Positions 11,935-27,500 of a stretch of 64,000 nt of DNA are shown here, one piece after another. The stretch is from Auanema rhodensis. Its lineage: Eukaryota > Animalia > Nematoda. The notes beneath the pieces were generated by a model. That model made no database searches and was not told the origin of the DNA. It saw only the letters and a program-made list of their open reading frames with translations. The position numbers were made by a program, and so were the translations under genes. Within the stretch, counting starts at the first letter, position 1. Each line of letters starts with the position of its first letter. The stretch spans positions 930,001 to 994,000 of the forward strand of contig OZ059894.1 in NCBI GenBank assembly GCA_964057225.1. The letters run 5' to 3'.

Positions 11935-14900
11935 CCGCATCGAATGCACTATACTACTTTGAGAAACGCTTAATATAAAAATTAGTTATGATCGTTTGAA
12001 AAATGATGCATTAGTGTATGTTGAGTTTCCATGTACACTCAACATTGCTTCCAAAAACATTTTAACAAAAATTTTTTCGAAAAATTTCAAAATAATTTAG
12101 CAAAAAGTAGATGTTTTTAGATTCCTTTTTCTAACGCAAAGACGATGGACAATGTTATTCAACGAAAAAATTAATTCTTCAGGGTGAAAATCGAGGATAT
12201 AAGTGTGAACTTATATCAGTTGATATCTCGGTGCATTTTTAAGCTAGCGCAAATCTGATAACACAGATCGACGCAGCTTAAAAATCCGCATCGAATGCAC
12301 TATACTACTTTGAGAAACGCTTAATATAAAAATTAGTTATGATCGTTTGAAAAATGATGCATTAGTGTATGTTGAGTTTCCATGTACACTCAACATTGCT
12401 TCCAAAAACATTTTGACAAAAATTTTTTCAAAAAATTTCAAAATAATTTAGCAAAAAGTAGATGTTTTTAGATTCCTTTTTTCAAGGCAAAGACGATAGA
12501 CAATGTTATTCAACGAAAAAATTAATTCTTCAGGGTGAAAATCGAGGATATAAGTGTGAACTTATATCAGTTGATATCTCGGTGCATTTTTAAGCTAGCG
12601 CAAATCTGATAACACAGATCGACGCAGCTTAAAAATCCGCATCGAATGCACTATATTACAGTAAAAAATCTTCAATACAAAAATTAGTTATGATCGTTTG
12701 AAAAATGATGCATTAGTGTATGTTGAGTTTCCATGTACACTCAACATTGCTTCCAAAAACATTTTGACAAAAATTTTTTCGAAAAATTTCAAAATAATTT
12801 AGCAAAAAGTAGATGTTTTAAGATTCCTTTTTTCAAGGCAAACACGATGGACAATGTTTTTCAACGAAAAAATTAGTTCTTCAGGGTGAAAATCGAGGAT
12901 ATAAGTGTGAACTTATATCAGTTGATATCTCGGTGCATTTTTAAGCTAGCGCAAATCTGATAACACAGATCGACGCAGCTTAAAAATCCGCATCGAATGC
13001 ACTATACTACTTTGAGAAACGCTTAATATAAAAATTAGTTATGATCGTTTGAAAAATGATGCATTAGTGTATGTTGAGTTTCCATGTACACTCAACATTG
13101 CTTCCAAAAACATTTTAACAAAAATTTTTTCGAAAAATTTCAAAATAATTTAGCAAAAAGTAGATGTTTTTAGATTCCTTTTTCTAACGCAAAGACGATG
13201 GACAATGTTATTCAACGTAAAAATTAATTCTTCAGGGTGAAAATCGAGGATATAAGTGTGAACTTATATCAGTTGATATCTCGGTGCATTTTTAAGCTAG
13301 CGCAAATCTGATAACACAGATCGACGCAGCTTAAAAATCCGCATCGAATGCACTATACTACATTGAGAAACGCTTAATACAAAAATTAGTTATGATCGTT
13401 TGAAAAATGATGCATTAGTGTATGTTGAGTTTCCATGTACACTCAACATTGCTTCCAAAAACATTTTGACAAAAATTTTTTCGAAAAATTTCAAAATAAT
13501 TTAGCAAAACGTAGATGTTTTTAGATTCCTTTTTTCAAGGCAAACACGATGGACAATGTTTTTCAACGAAAAAATTAGTTCTTCAGGGTGAAAATCGAGG
13601 ATATAAGTGTGAACTTATATCAGTTGATATCTCGGTGCATTTTTAAGCTAGCGCAAATCTGATAACACAGATCGACGCAGCTTAAAAATCCGCATCGAAT
13701 GCACTATACTACTTTGAGAAACGCTTAATATAAAAATTAGTTATGATCGTTTGAAAAATGATGCATTAGTGTATGTTGAGTTTCCATGTACACTCAACAT
13801 TGCTTCCAAAAACATTTTAACAAAAATTTTTTCGAAAAATTTCAAAATAATTTAGCAAAAAGTAGATGTTTTTAGATTCCTTTTTCTAACGCAAAGACGA
13901 TGGACAATGTTATTCAACGAAAAAATTAATTCTTCAGGGTGAAAATCGAGGATATAAGTGTGAACTTATATCAGTTGATATCTCGGTGCATTTTTAAGCT
14001 AGCGCAAATCTGATAACACAGATCGACGCAGCTTAAAAATCCGCATCGAATGCACTATACTACTTTGAGAAACGCTTAATATAAAAATTAGTTATGATCG
14101 TTTGAAAAATGATGCATTAGTGTATGTTGAGTTTCCATGTACACTCAACATTGCTTCCAAAAACATTTTGACAAAAATTTTTTCAAAAAATTTCAAAATA
14201 ATTTAGCAAAAAGTAGATGTTTTTAGATTCCTTTTTTCAAGGCAAAGACGATAGACAATGTTATTCAACGAAAAAATTAATTCTTCAGGGTGAAAATCGA
14301 GGATATAAGTGTGAACTTATATCAGTTGATATCTCGGTGCATTTTTAAGCTAGCGCAAATCTGATAACACAGATCGACGCAGCTTAAAAATCCGCATCGA
14401 ATGCACTATATTACAGTAAAAAATCTTCAATACAAAAATTAGTTATGATCGTTTGAAAAATGATGCATTAGTGTATGTTGAGTTTCCATGTACACTCAAC
14501 ATTGCTTCCAAAAACATTTTGACAAAAATTTTTTCGAAAAATTTCAAAATAATTTAGCAAAAAGTAGATGTTTTAAGATTCCTTTTTTCAAGGCAAACAC
14601 GATGGACAATGTTTTTCAACGAAAAAATTAGTTCTTCAGGGTGAAAATCGAGGATATAAGTGTGAACTTATATCAGTTGATATCTCGGTGCATTTTTAAG
14701 CTAGCGCAAATCTGATAACACAGATCGACGCAGCTTAAAAATCCGCATCGAATGCACTATACTACTTTGAGAAACGCTTAATATAAAAATTAGTTATGAT
14801 CGTTTGAAAAATGATGCATTAGTGTATGTTGAGTTTCCATGTACACTCAACATTGCTTCCAAAAACATTTTAACAAAAATTTTTTCGAAAAATTTCAAAA

Positions 14901-15444
14901 TAATTTAGCAAAAAGTAGATGTTTTTAGATTCCTTTTTCTAACGCAAAGACGATGGACAATGTTATTCAACGTAAAAATTAATTCTTCAGGGTGAAAATC
15001 GAGGATATAAGTGTGAACTTATATCAGTTGATATCTCGGTGCATTTTTAAGCTAGCGCAAATCTGATAACACAGATCGACGCAGCTTAAAAATCCGCATC
15101 GAATGCACTATACTACATTGAGAAACGCTTAATACAAAAATTAGTTATGATCGTTTGAAAAATGATGCATTAGTGTATGTTGAGTTTCCATGTACACTCA
15201 ACATTGCTTCCAAAAACATTTTGACAAAAATTTTTTCGAAAAATTTCAAAATAATTTAGCAAAACGTAGATGTTTTTAGATTCCTTTTTTCAAGGCAAAC
15301 ACGATGGACAATGTTTTTCAACGAAAAAATTAGTTCTTCAGGGTGAAAATCGAGGATATAAGTGTGAACTTATATCAGTTGATATCTCGGTGCATTTTTA
15401 AGCTAGCGCAAATCTGATAACACAGATCGACGCAGCTTAAAAAT
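11935..15444. repeat. Tandem 5-mer duplication (1755 bp x2): M35-39 = M40-44
   Basis: TTTTAACA, GATAGAC, TTACAGTAAA, CAACGTAAA and AAAACGTAG variants repeat at +1755. Confidence 0.8.
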
Positions 15445-17901
15445 CCGCATCGAATGCACTATACTACTTTGAGAAACGCTTAATACAAAAATTAGTTATG
15501 ATCGTTTGAAAAATGATGCATTAGTGTATGTTGAGTTTCCATGTACACTCAACATTGCTTCCAAAAACATTTTGACAAAAATTTTTTCGAAAAATTTCAA
15601 AATAATTTAGCAAAAAGTAGATGTTATAAGATTCCTTTTTTCAAGGCAAACACGATGGACATTGTTTTTCAACGAAAAAATTAGTTCTTCAGGGTGAAAA
15701 TCGAGGATATAAGTGTGAACTTATATCAGTTGATATCTCGGTGCATTTTTAAGCTAGCGCAAATCTGATAACACAGATCGACGCAGCTTAAAAATCCGCA
15801 TCGAATGCACTATACTACTTTGAGAAACGCTTAATACAAAAATTAGTTATGATCGTTTGAAAAATGATGCATTAGTGTATGTTGAGTTTCCATGTACACT
15901 CAACATTGCTTCCAAAAACATTTTGACAAAAATTTTTTCGAAAAATTTCAAAATAATTTAGCAAAAAGTAGATGTTATAAGATTCCTTTTTTCAAGGCAA
16001 ACACGATGGACAATGTTTTTCAACGAAAAAATTAGTTCTTCAGGGTGAAAATCGAGGATATAAGTGTGAACTTATATCAGTTGATATCTCGGTGCATTTT
16101 TAAGCTAGCGCAAATCTGATAACACAGATCGACGCAGCTTAAAAATCCGCATCGAATGCACTATACTACTTTGAGAAACGCTTAATATAAAAATTAGTTA
16201 TGATCGTTTGAAAAATGATGCATTAGTGTATGTTGAGTTTCCATGTACACTCAACATTGCTTCCAAAAACATTTTGACAAAAATTTTTTCGAAAAATTTC
16301 AAAATAATTTAGCAAAAAGTAGATGTTTTTAGATTCCTTTTTCTAACGCAAAGACGATGGACAATGTTATTCAACGTAAAAATTAATTCTTCAGGGTGAA
16401 AATCGAGGATATAAGTGTGAACTTATATCAGTTGATATCTCGGTGCATTTTTAAGCTAGCGCAAATCTGATAACACAGATCGACGCAGCTTAAAAATCCG
16501 CATCGAATGCACTATACTACATTGAGAAACGCTTAATACAAAAATTAGTTATGATCGTTTGAAAAATGATGCATTAGTGTATGTTGAGTTTCCATGTACA
16601 CTCAACATTGCTTCCAAAAACATTTTGACAAAAATTTTTTCGAAAAATTTCAAAATAATTTAGCAAAACGTAGATGTTTTTAGATTCCTTTTTTCAAGGC
16701 AAACACGATGGACATTGTTTTTCAACGAAAAAATTAGTTCTTCAGGGTGAAAATCGAGGATATAAGTGTGAACTTATATCAGTTGATATCTCGGTGCATT
16801 TTTAAGCTAGCGCAAATCTGATAACACAGATCAACGCAGCTTAAAAATCCGCATCGAATGCACTATACTACTTTGAGAAACGCTTAATACAAAAATTAGT
16901 TATGATCGTTTGAAAAATGATGCATTAGTGTATGTTGAGTTTCCATGTACACTCAACATTGCTTCCAAAAACATTTTGACAAAAATTTTTTCGAAAAATT
17001 TCAAAATAATTTAGCAAAAAGTAGATGTTATAAGATTCCTTTTTTCAAGGCAAACACGATGGACAATGTTTTTCAACGAAAAAATTAGTTCTTCAGGGTG
17101 AAAATCGAGGATATAAGTGTGAACTTATATCAGTTGATATCTCGGTGCATTTTTAAGCTAGCGCAAATCTGATAACACAGATCGACGCAGCTTAAAAATC
17201 CGCATCGAATGCACTATACTACTTTGAGAAACGCTTAATATAAAAATTAGTTATGATCGTTTGAAAAATGATGCATTAGTGTATGTTGAGTTTCCATGTA
17301 CACTCAACATTGCTTCCAAAAACATTTTGACAAAAATTTTTTCGAAAAATTTCAAAATAATTTAGCAAAAAGTAGATGTTTTTAGATTCCTTTTTCTAAC
17401 GCAAAGACGATGGACAATGTTATTCAACGTAAAAATTAATTCTTCAGGGTGAAAATCGAGGATATAAGTGTGAACTTATATCAGTTGATATCTCGGTGCA
17501 TTTTTAAGCTAGCGCAAATCTGATAACACAGATCGACGCAGCTTAAAAATCCGCATCGAATGCACTATACTACATTGAGAAACGCTTAATACAAAAATTA
17601 GTTATGATCGTTTGAAAAATGATGCATTAGTGTATGTTGAGTTTCCATGTACACTCAACATTGCTTCCAAAAACATTTTGACAAAAATTTTTTCGAAAAA
17701 TTTCAAAATAATTTAGCAAAACGTAGATGTTTTTAGATTCCTTTTTTCAAGGCAAACACGATGGACAATGTTTTTCAACGAAAAAATTAGTTCTTCAGGG
17801 TGAAAATCGAGGATATAAGTGTGAACTTATATCAGTTGATATCTCGGTGCATTTTTAAGCTAGCGCAAATCTGATAACACAGATCGACGCAGCTTAAAAA
17901 T

Positions 17902-20900
17902 CCGCATCTAATGCACTATACTACTTTGAGAAACGCTTAATATAAAAATTAGTTATGATCGTTTGAAAAATGATGCATTAGTGTATGTTGAGTTTCCATG
18001 TACACTCAACATTGCTTCCAAAAACATTTTGACAAAAATTTTTTCGAAAAATTTCAAAATAATTTAGCAAAAAGTAGATGTTATAAGATTTCTTTTTTCA
18101 AGGCAAACACGATGGACAATGTTTTTCAACGAAAAAATTAGTTCTTCAGGGTGAAAATCGAGGATATAAGTGTGAACTTATATCAGTTGATATCTCGGTG
18201 CATTTTTAAGCTAGCGCAAATCTGATAACACAGATCGACGCAGCTTAAAAATCCGCATCTAATGCACTATACTACTTTGAGAAACGCTTAATATAAAAAT
18301 TAGTTATGATCGTTTGAAAAATGATGCATTAGTGTATGTTGAGTTTCCATGTACACTCAACATTGCTTCCAAAAACATTTTGACAAAAATTTTTTCGAAA
18401 AATTTCAAGATAATTTAGCAGAAAGTAGATGTTTTTAGATTCCTTTTTCTAACGCAAAGACGATGGACAATGTTATTCAACGAAAAAATTAATTCTTCAG
18501 GGTGAAAATCGAGGATATAAGTGTGAACTTATATCAGTTGATATCTCGGTGCATTTTTAAGCTAGCGCAAATCTGATAACACAGATCGATGCAGCTTAAA
18601 AATCCGCATCGAATGCACTATACTACTTTGAGAAACGCTTAATACAAAAATTAGTTATGATCGTTTGAAAAATGATGCATTAGTGTATGTTGAGTTTCCA
18701 TGTACACTCAACATTGCTTCCAAAAACATTTTGACAAAAATTTTTTCAAAAAATTTCAAAATAATTTAGCGAAAAGTAGATGTTTTTAGATTCCTTTTTT
18801 CAAGGCAAAGACGATAGACAATGTTATTCAACGAAAAAATTAATTCTTCAGGGTGAAAATCGAGGATATAAGTGTGAACTTATATCAGTTGATATCTCGG
18901 TGCATTTTTAAGCTAGCGCAAATCTGATAACACAGATCGACGCAGCTTAAAAATCCGCATCGAATGCACTATATTACAGTAAAAAATCTTCAATACAAAA
19001 ATTAGTTATGATCGTTTGAAAAATGATGCATTAGTGTATGTTGAGTTTCCATGTACACTCAACATTGCTTCCAAAAACATTTTGACAAAAATTTTTTCAA
19101 AAAATTTCAAAATAATTTAGCAAAAAGTAGATGTTTTTAGATTCCTTTTTCTAACGCAAAGACGATGGACAATGTTATTCAACGTAAAAATTAATTCTTC
19201 AGGGTGAAAATCGAGGATATAAGTGTGAACTTATATCAGTTGATATCTCGGTGCATTTTTAAGCTAGCGCAAATCTGATAACACAGATCGACGCAGCTTA
19301 AAAATCCGCATCGAATGCACTATACTACATTGAGAAACGCTTAATACAAAAATTAGTTATGATCGTTTGAAAAATGATGCATTAGTGTATGTTGAGTTTC
19401 CATGTACACTCAACATTGCTTCCAAAAACATTTTGACAAAAATTTTTTCGAAAAATTTCAAAATAATTTAGCAAAAAGTAGATGTTTTTAGATTCCTTTT
19501 TCTAACGCAAAGACGATGGACGATGTTATTCAACGAAAAAATTAGTTCTTCAGGGTGAAAATCGAGGATATAAGTGTGAACTTATATCAGTTGATATCTC
19601 GGTGCATTTTTAAGCTAGCGCAAATCTGATAACACAGATCGACGCAGCTTAAAAATCCGCATCTAATGCACTATACTACTTTGAGAAACGCTTAATATAA
19701 AAATTAGTTATGATCGTTTGAAAAATGATGCATTAGTGTATGTTGAGTTTCCATGTACACTCAACATTGCTTCCAAAAACATTTTGACAAAAATTTTTTC
19801 GAAAAATTTCAAAATAATTTAGCAAAAAGTAGATGTTATAAGATTTCTTTTTTCAAGGCAAACACGATGGACAATGTTTTTCAACGAAAAAATTAGTTCT
19901 TCAGGGTGAAAATCGAGGATATAAGTGTGAACTTATATCAGTTGATATCTCGGTGCATTTTTAAGCTAGCGCAAATCTGATAACACAGATCGACGCAGCT
20001 TAAAAATCCGCATCTAATGCACTATACTACTTTGAGAAACGCTTAATATAAAAATTAGTTATGATCGTTTGAAAAATGATGCATTAGTGTATGTTGAGTT
20101 TCCATGTACACTCAACATTGCTTCCAAAAACATTTTGACAAAAATTTTTTCGAAAAATTTCAAGATAATTTAGCAGAAAGTAGATGTTTTTAGATTCCTT
20201 TTTCTAACGCAAAGACGATGGACAATGTTATTCAACGAAAAAATTAATTCTTCAGGGTGAAAATCGAGGATATAAGTGTGAACTTATATCAGTTGATATC
20301 TCGGTGCATTTTTAAGCTAGCGCAAATCTGATAACACAGATCGATGCAGCTTAAAAATCCGCATCGAATGCACTATACTACTTTGAGAAACGCTTAATAC
20401 AAAAATTAGTTATGATCGTTTGAAAAATGATGCATTAGTGTATGTTGAGTTTCCATGTACACTCAACATTGCTTCCAAAAACATTTTGACAGAAATTTTT
20501 TCAAAAAATTTCAAAATAATTTAGCGAAAAGTAGATGTTTTTAGATTCCTTTTTTCAAGGCAAAGACGATAGACAATGTTATTCAACGAAAAAATTAATT
20601 CTTCAGGGTGAAAATCGAGGATATAAGTGTGAACTTATATCAGTTGATATCTCGGTGCATTTTTAAGCTAGCGCAAATCTGATAACACAGATCGACGCAG
20701 CTTAAAAATCCGCATCGAATGCACTATATTACAGTAAAAAATCTTCAATACAAAAATTAGTTATGATCGTTTGAAAAATGATGCATTAGTGTATGTTGAG
20801 TTTCCATGTACACTCAACATTGCTTCCAAAAACATTTTGACAAAAATTTTTTCAAAAAATTTCAAAATAATTTAGCAAAAAGTAGATGTTTTTAGATTCC

Positions 20901-22464
20901 TTTTTCTAACGCAAAGACGATGGACAATGTTATTCAACGTAAAAATTAATTCTTCAGGGTGAAAATCGAGGATATAAGTGTGAACTTATATCAGTTGATA
21001 TCTCGGTGCATTTTTAAGCTAGCGCAAATCTGATAACACAGATCGACGCAGCTTAAAAATCCGCATCGAATGCACTATACTACATTGAGAAACGCTTAAT
21101 ACAAAAATTAGTTATGATCGTTTGAAAAATGATGCATTAGTGTATGTTGAGTTTCCATGTACACTCAACATTGCTTCCAAAAACATTTTGACAAAAATTT
21201 TTTCGAAAAATTTCAAAATAATTTAGCAAAAAGTAGATGTTTTTAGATTCCTTTTTCTAACGCAAAGACGATGGACGATGTTATTCAACGAAAAAATTAG
21301 TTCTTCAGGGTGAAAATCGAGGATATAAGTGTGAACTTATATCAGTTGATATCTCGGTGCATTTTTAAGCTAGCGCAAATCTGATAACACAGATCGACGC
21401 AGCTTAAAAATCCGCATCTAATGCACTATACTACTTTGAGAAACGCTTAATATAAAAATTAGTTATGATCGTTTGAAAAATGATGCATTAGTGTATGTTG
21501 AGTTTCCATGTACACTCAACATTGCTTCCAAAAACATTTTGACAAAAATTTTTTCGAAAAATTTCAAAATAATTTAGCAAAAAGTAGATGTTATAAGATT
21601 TCTTTTTTCAAGGCAAACACGATGGACAATGTTTTTCAACGAAAAAATTAGTTCTTCAGGGTGAAAATCGAGGATATAAGTGTGAACTTATATCAGTTGA
21701 TATCTCGGTGCATTTTTAAGCTAGCGCAAATCTGATAACACAGATCGACGCAGCTTAAAAATCCGCATCTAATGCACTATACTACTTTGAGAAACGCTTA
21801 ATATAAAAATTAGTTATGATCGTTTGAAAAATGATGCATTAGTGTATGTTGAGTTTCCATGTACACTCAACATTGCTTCCAAAAACATTTTGACAAAAAT
21901 TTTTTCGAAAAATTTCAAGATAATTTAGCAGAAAGTAGATGTTTTTAGATTCCTTTTTCTAACGCAAAGACGATGGACAATGTTATTCAACGAAAAAATT
22001 AATTCTTCAGGGTGAAAATCGAGGATATAAGTGTGAACTTATATCAGTTGATATCTCGGTGCATTTTTAAGCTAGCGCAAATCTGATAACACAGATCGAT
22101 GCAGCTTAAAAATCCGCATCGAATGCACTATACTACTTTGAGAAACGCTTAATACAAAAATTAGTTATGATCGTTTGAAAAATGATGCATTAGTGTATGT
22201 TGAGTTTCCATGTACACTCAACATTGCTTCCAAAAACATTTTGACAAAAATTTTTTCAAAAAATTTCAAAATAATTTAGCGAAAAGTAGATGTTTTTAGA
22301 TTCCTTTTTTCAAGGCAAAGACGATAGACAATGTTATTCAACGAAAAAATTAATTCTTCAGGGTGAAAATCGAGGATATAAGTGTGAACTTATATCAGTT
22401 GATATCTCGGTGCATTTTTAAGCTAGCGCAAATCTGATAACACAGATCGACGCAGCTTAAAAAT
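17902..22464. repeat. 5-mer HOR, ~2.6 copies: M52-56, M57-61, M62-64
   Basis: Pairs of adjacent CCGCATCTAA monomers at 17902/18253, 19657/20008 and 21412/21763 (period 1755); a further pair at 24220/24571. Confidence 0.85.
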
Positions 22465-24570
22465 CCGCATCGAATGCACTATATTACAGTAAAAAATCTT
22501 CAATACAAAAATTAGTTATGATCGTTTGAAAAATGATGCATTAGTGTATGTTGAGTTTCCATGTACACTCAACATTGCTTCCAAAAACATTTTGACAAAA
22601 ATTTTTTCGAAAAATTTCAAAATAATTTAGCAAAAAGTAGATGTTTTAAGATTCCTTTTTTCAAGGCAAACACGATGGACAATGTTTTTCAACGAAAAAA
22701 TTAGTTCTTCAGGGTGAAAATCGAGGATATAAGTGTGAACTTATATCAGTTGATATCTCGGTGCATTTTTAAGCTAGCGCAAATCTGATAACACAGATCG
22801 ACGCAGCTTAAAAATCCGCATCGAATGCACTATACTACATTGAGAAACGCTTAATACAAAAATTAGTTATGATCGTTTGAAAAATGATGCATTAGTGTAT
22901 GTTGAGTTTCCATGTACACTCAACATTGCTTCCAAAAACATTTTGACAAAAATTTTTTCGAAAAATTTCAAAATAATTTAGCAAAAAGTAGATGTTTTTA
23001 GATTCCTTTTTCTAACGCAAAGACGATGGACGATGTTATTCAACGAAAAAATTAATTCTTCAGGGTGAAAATCGAGGATATAAGTGTGAACTTATATCAG
23101 TTGATATCTCGGTGCATTTTTAAGCTAGCGCAAATCTGATAACACAGATCGATGCAGCTTAAAAATCCGCATCGAATGCACTATACTACTTTGAGAAACG
23201 CTTAATACAAAAATTAGTTATGATCGTTTGAAAAATGATGCATTAGTGTATGTTGAGTTTCCATGTACACTCAACATTGCTTCCAAAAACATTTTGACAA
23301 AAATTTTTTCGAAAAATTTCAAAATAATTTAGCAAAAAGTAGATGTTTTTAGATTCCTTTTTCTAACGCAAAGACGATGGACGATGTTATTCAACGAAAA
23401 AATTAATTCTTCAGGGTGAAAATCGAGGATATAAGTGTGAACTTATATCAGTTGATATCTCGGTGCATTTTTAAGCTAGCGCAAATCTGATAACACAGAT
23501 CGATGCAGCTTAAAAATCCGCATCGAATGCACTATACTACTTTGAGAAACGCTTAATACAAAAATTAGTTATGATCGTTTGAAAAATGATGCATTAGTGT
23601 ATGTTGAGTTTCCATGTACACTCAACATTGCTTCCAAAAACATTTTGACAAAAATTTTTTCAAAAAATTTCAAAATAATTTAGCAAAAAGTAGATGTTTT
23701 TAGATTCCTTTTTCTAACGCAAAGACGATGGACAATGTTATTCAACGTAAAAATTAATTCTTCAGGGTGAAAATCGAGGATATAAGTGTGAACTTATATC
23801 AGTTGATATCTCGGTGCATTTTTAAGCTAGCGCAAATCTGATAACACAGATCGACGCAGCTTAAAAATCCGCATCGAATGCACTATACTACATTGAGAAA
23901 CGCTTAATACAAAAATTAGTTATGATCGTTTGAAAAATGATGCATTAGTGTATGTTGAGTTTCCATGTACACTCAACATTGCTTCCAAAAACATTTTGAC
24001 AAAAATTTTTTCGAAAAATTTCAAAATAATTTAGCAAAAAGTAGATGTTTTTAGATTCCTTTTTCTAACGCAAAGACGATGGACGATGTTATTCAACGAA
24101 AAAATTAGTTCTTCAGGGTGAAAATCGAGGATATAAGTGTGAACTTATATCAGTTGATATCTCGGTGCATTTTTAAGCTAGCGCAAATCTGATAACACAG
24201 ATCGACGCAGCTTAAAAATCCGCATCTAATGCACTATACTACTTTGAGAAACGCTTAATATAAAAATTAGTTATGATCGTTTGAAAAATGATGCATTAGT
24301 GTATGTTGAGTTTCCATGTACACTCAACATTGCTTCCAAAAACATTTTGACAAAAATTTTTTCGAAAAATTTCAAAATAATTTAGCAAAAAGTAGATGTT
24401 ATAAGATTTCTTTTTTCAAGGCAAACACGATGGACAATGTTTTTCAACGAAAAAATTAGTTCTTCAGGGTGAAAATCGAGGATATAAGTGTGAACTTATA
24501 TCAGTTGATATCTCGGTGCATTTTTAAGCTAGCGCAAATCTGATAACACAGATCGACGCAGCTTAAAAAT

Positions 24571-27500
24571 CCGCATCTAATGCACTATACTACTTTGAGA
24601 AACGCTTAATATAAAAATTAGTTATGATCGTTTGAAAAATGATGCATTAGTGTATGTTGAGTTTCCATGTACACTCAACATTGCTTCCAAAAACATTTTG
24701 ACAAAAATTTTTTCGAAAAATTTCAAGATAATTTAGCAGAAAGTAGATGTTTTTAGATTCCTTTTTCTAACGCAAAGACGATGGACAATGTTATTCAACG
24801 AAAAAATTAATTCTTCAGGGTGAAAATCGAGGATATAAGTGTGAACTTATATCAGTTGATATCTCGGTGCATTTTTAAGCTAGCGCAAATCTGATAACAC
24901 AGATCGATGCAGCTTAAAAATCCGCATCGAATGCACTATACTACTTTGAGAAACGCTTAATACAAAAATTAGTTATGATCGTTTGAAAAATGATGCATTA
25001 GTGTATGTTGAGTTTCCATGTACACTCAACATTGCTTCCAAAAACATTTTGACAAAAATTTTTTCAAAAAATTTCAAAATAATTTAGCGAAAAGTAGATG
25101 TTTTTAGATTCCTTTTTTCAAGGCAAAGACGATAGACAATGTTATTCAACGAAAAAATTAATTCTTCAGGGTGAAAATCGAGGATATAAGTGTGAACTTA
25201 TATCAGTTGATATCTCGGTGCATTTTTAAGCTAGCGCAAATCTGATAACACAGATCGACGCAGCTTAAAAATCCGCATCGAATGCACTATATTACAGTAA
25301 AAAATCTTCAATACAAAAATTAGTTATGATCGTTTGAAAAATGATGCATTAGTGTATGTTGAGTTTCCATGTACACTCAACATTGCTTCCAAAAACATTT
25401 TGACAAAAATTTTTTCGAAAAATTTCAAAATAATTTAGCAAAAAGTAGATGTTTTAAGATTCCTTTTTTCAAGGCAAACACGATGGACAATGTTTTTCAA
25501 CGAAAAAATTAGTTCTTCAGGGTGAAAATCGAGGATATAAGTGTGAACTTATATCAGTTGATATCTCGGTGCATTTTTAAGCTAGCGCAAATCTGATAAC
25601 ACAGATCGACGCAGCTTAAAAATCCGCATCGAATGCACTATACTACATTGAGAAACGCTTAATACAAAAATTAGTTATGATCGTTTGAAAAATGATGCAT
25701 TAGTGTATGTTGAGTTTCCATGTACACTCAACATTGCTTCCAAAAACATTTTGACAAAAATTTTTTCGAAAAATTTCAAAATAATTTAGCAAAAAGTAGA
25801 TGTTTTCAGATTCCTTTTTCTAACGCAAAGACGATGGACGATGTTATTCAACGAAAAAATTAATTCTTCAGGGTGAAAATCGAGGATATAAGTGTGAACT
25901 TATATCAGTTGATATCTCGGTGCATTTTTAAGCTAGCGCAAATCTGATAACACAGATCGATGCAGCTTAAAAATCCGCATCGAATGCACTATACTACTTT
26001 GAGAAACGCTTAATACAAAAATTAGTTATGATCGTTTGAAAAATGATGCATTAGTGTATGTTGAGTTTCCATGTACACTCAACATTGCTTCCAAAAACAT
26101 TTTGACAAAAATTTTTTCAAAAAATTTCAAAATAATTTAGCAAAAAGTAGATGTTTTTAAATTCCTTTTTTCAAGGCAAAGACGATAGACAATGTTATTC
26201 AACGAAAAAATTAATTCTTCAGGGTGAAAATCGAGGATATAAGTGTGAACTTATATCAGTTGATATCTCGGTGCATTTTTAAGCTAGCGCAAATCTGATA
26301 ACACAGATCGACGCAGCTTAAAAATCCGCATCGAATGCACTATACTACTTTGAAAAACGCTTAATACAAAAATTAGTTATGATCGTTTGAAAAATGATGC
26401 ATTAGTGTATGTTGAGTTTCCATGTACACTCAACATTGCTTCCAAAAACATTTTGACAAAAATTTTTTCGAAAAATTTCAAAATAATTTAGCAAAAAGTA
26501 GATGTTTTAAGATTCCTTTTTTCAAGGCAAACACGATGGACAATGTTTTTCAACGAAAAAATTAGTTCTTCAGGGTGAAAATCGAGGATATAAGTGTGAA
26601 CTTATATCAGTTGATATCTCGGTGCATTTTTAAGCTAGCGCAAATCTGATAACACAGATCGACGCAGCTTAAAAATCCGCATCGAATGCACTATATTACA
26701 GTAAAAAATCTTCAATACAAAAATTAGTTATGATCGTTTGAAAAATGATGCATTAGTGTATGTTGAGTTTCCATGTACACTCAACATTGCTTCCAAAAAC
26801 ATTTTGACAAAAATTTTTTCAAAAAATTTCAAAATAATTTAGCAAAAAGTAGATGTTTTTAGATTCCTTTTTTCAAGGCAAAGACGATAGACAATGTTAT
26901 TCAACGAAAAAATTAATTCTTCAGGGTGAAAATCGAGGATATAAGTGTGAACTTATATCAGTTGATATCTCGGTGCATTTTTAAGCTAGCGCAAATCTGA
27001 TAACACAGATCGACGCAGCTTAAAAATCCGCATCGAATGCACTATATTACAGTAAAAAATCTTCAATACAAAAATTAGTTATGATCGTTTGAAAAATGAT
27101 GCATTAGTGTATGTTGAGTTTCCATGTACACTCAACATTGCTTCCAAAAACATTTTGACAAAAATTTTTTCGAAAAATTTCAAAATAATTTAGCAAAAAG
27201 TAGATGTTTTAAGATTCCTTTTTTCAAGGCAAACACGATGGACAATGTTTTTCAACGAAAAAATTAGTTCTTCAGGGTGAAAATCGAGGATATAAGTGTG
27301 AACTTATATCAGTTGATATCTCGGTGCATTTTTAAGCTAGCGCAAATCTGATAACACAGATCGACGCAGCTTAAAAATCCGCATCGAATGCACTATACTA
27401 CTTTGAGAAACGCTTAATATAAAAATTAGTTATGATCGTTTGAAAAATGATGCATTAGTGTATGTTGAGTTTCCATGTACACTCAACATTGCTTCCAAAA

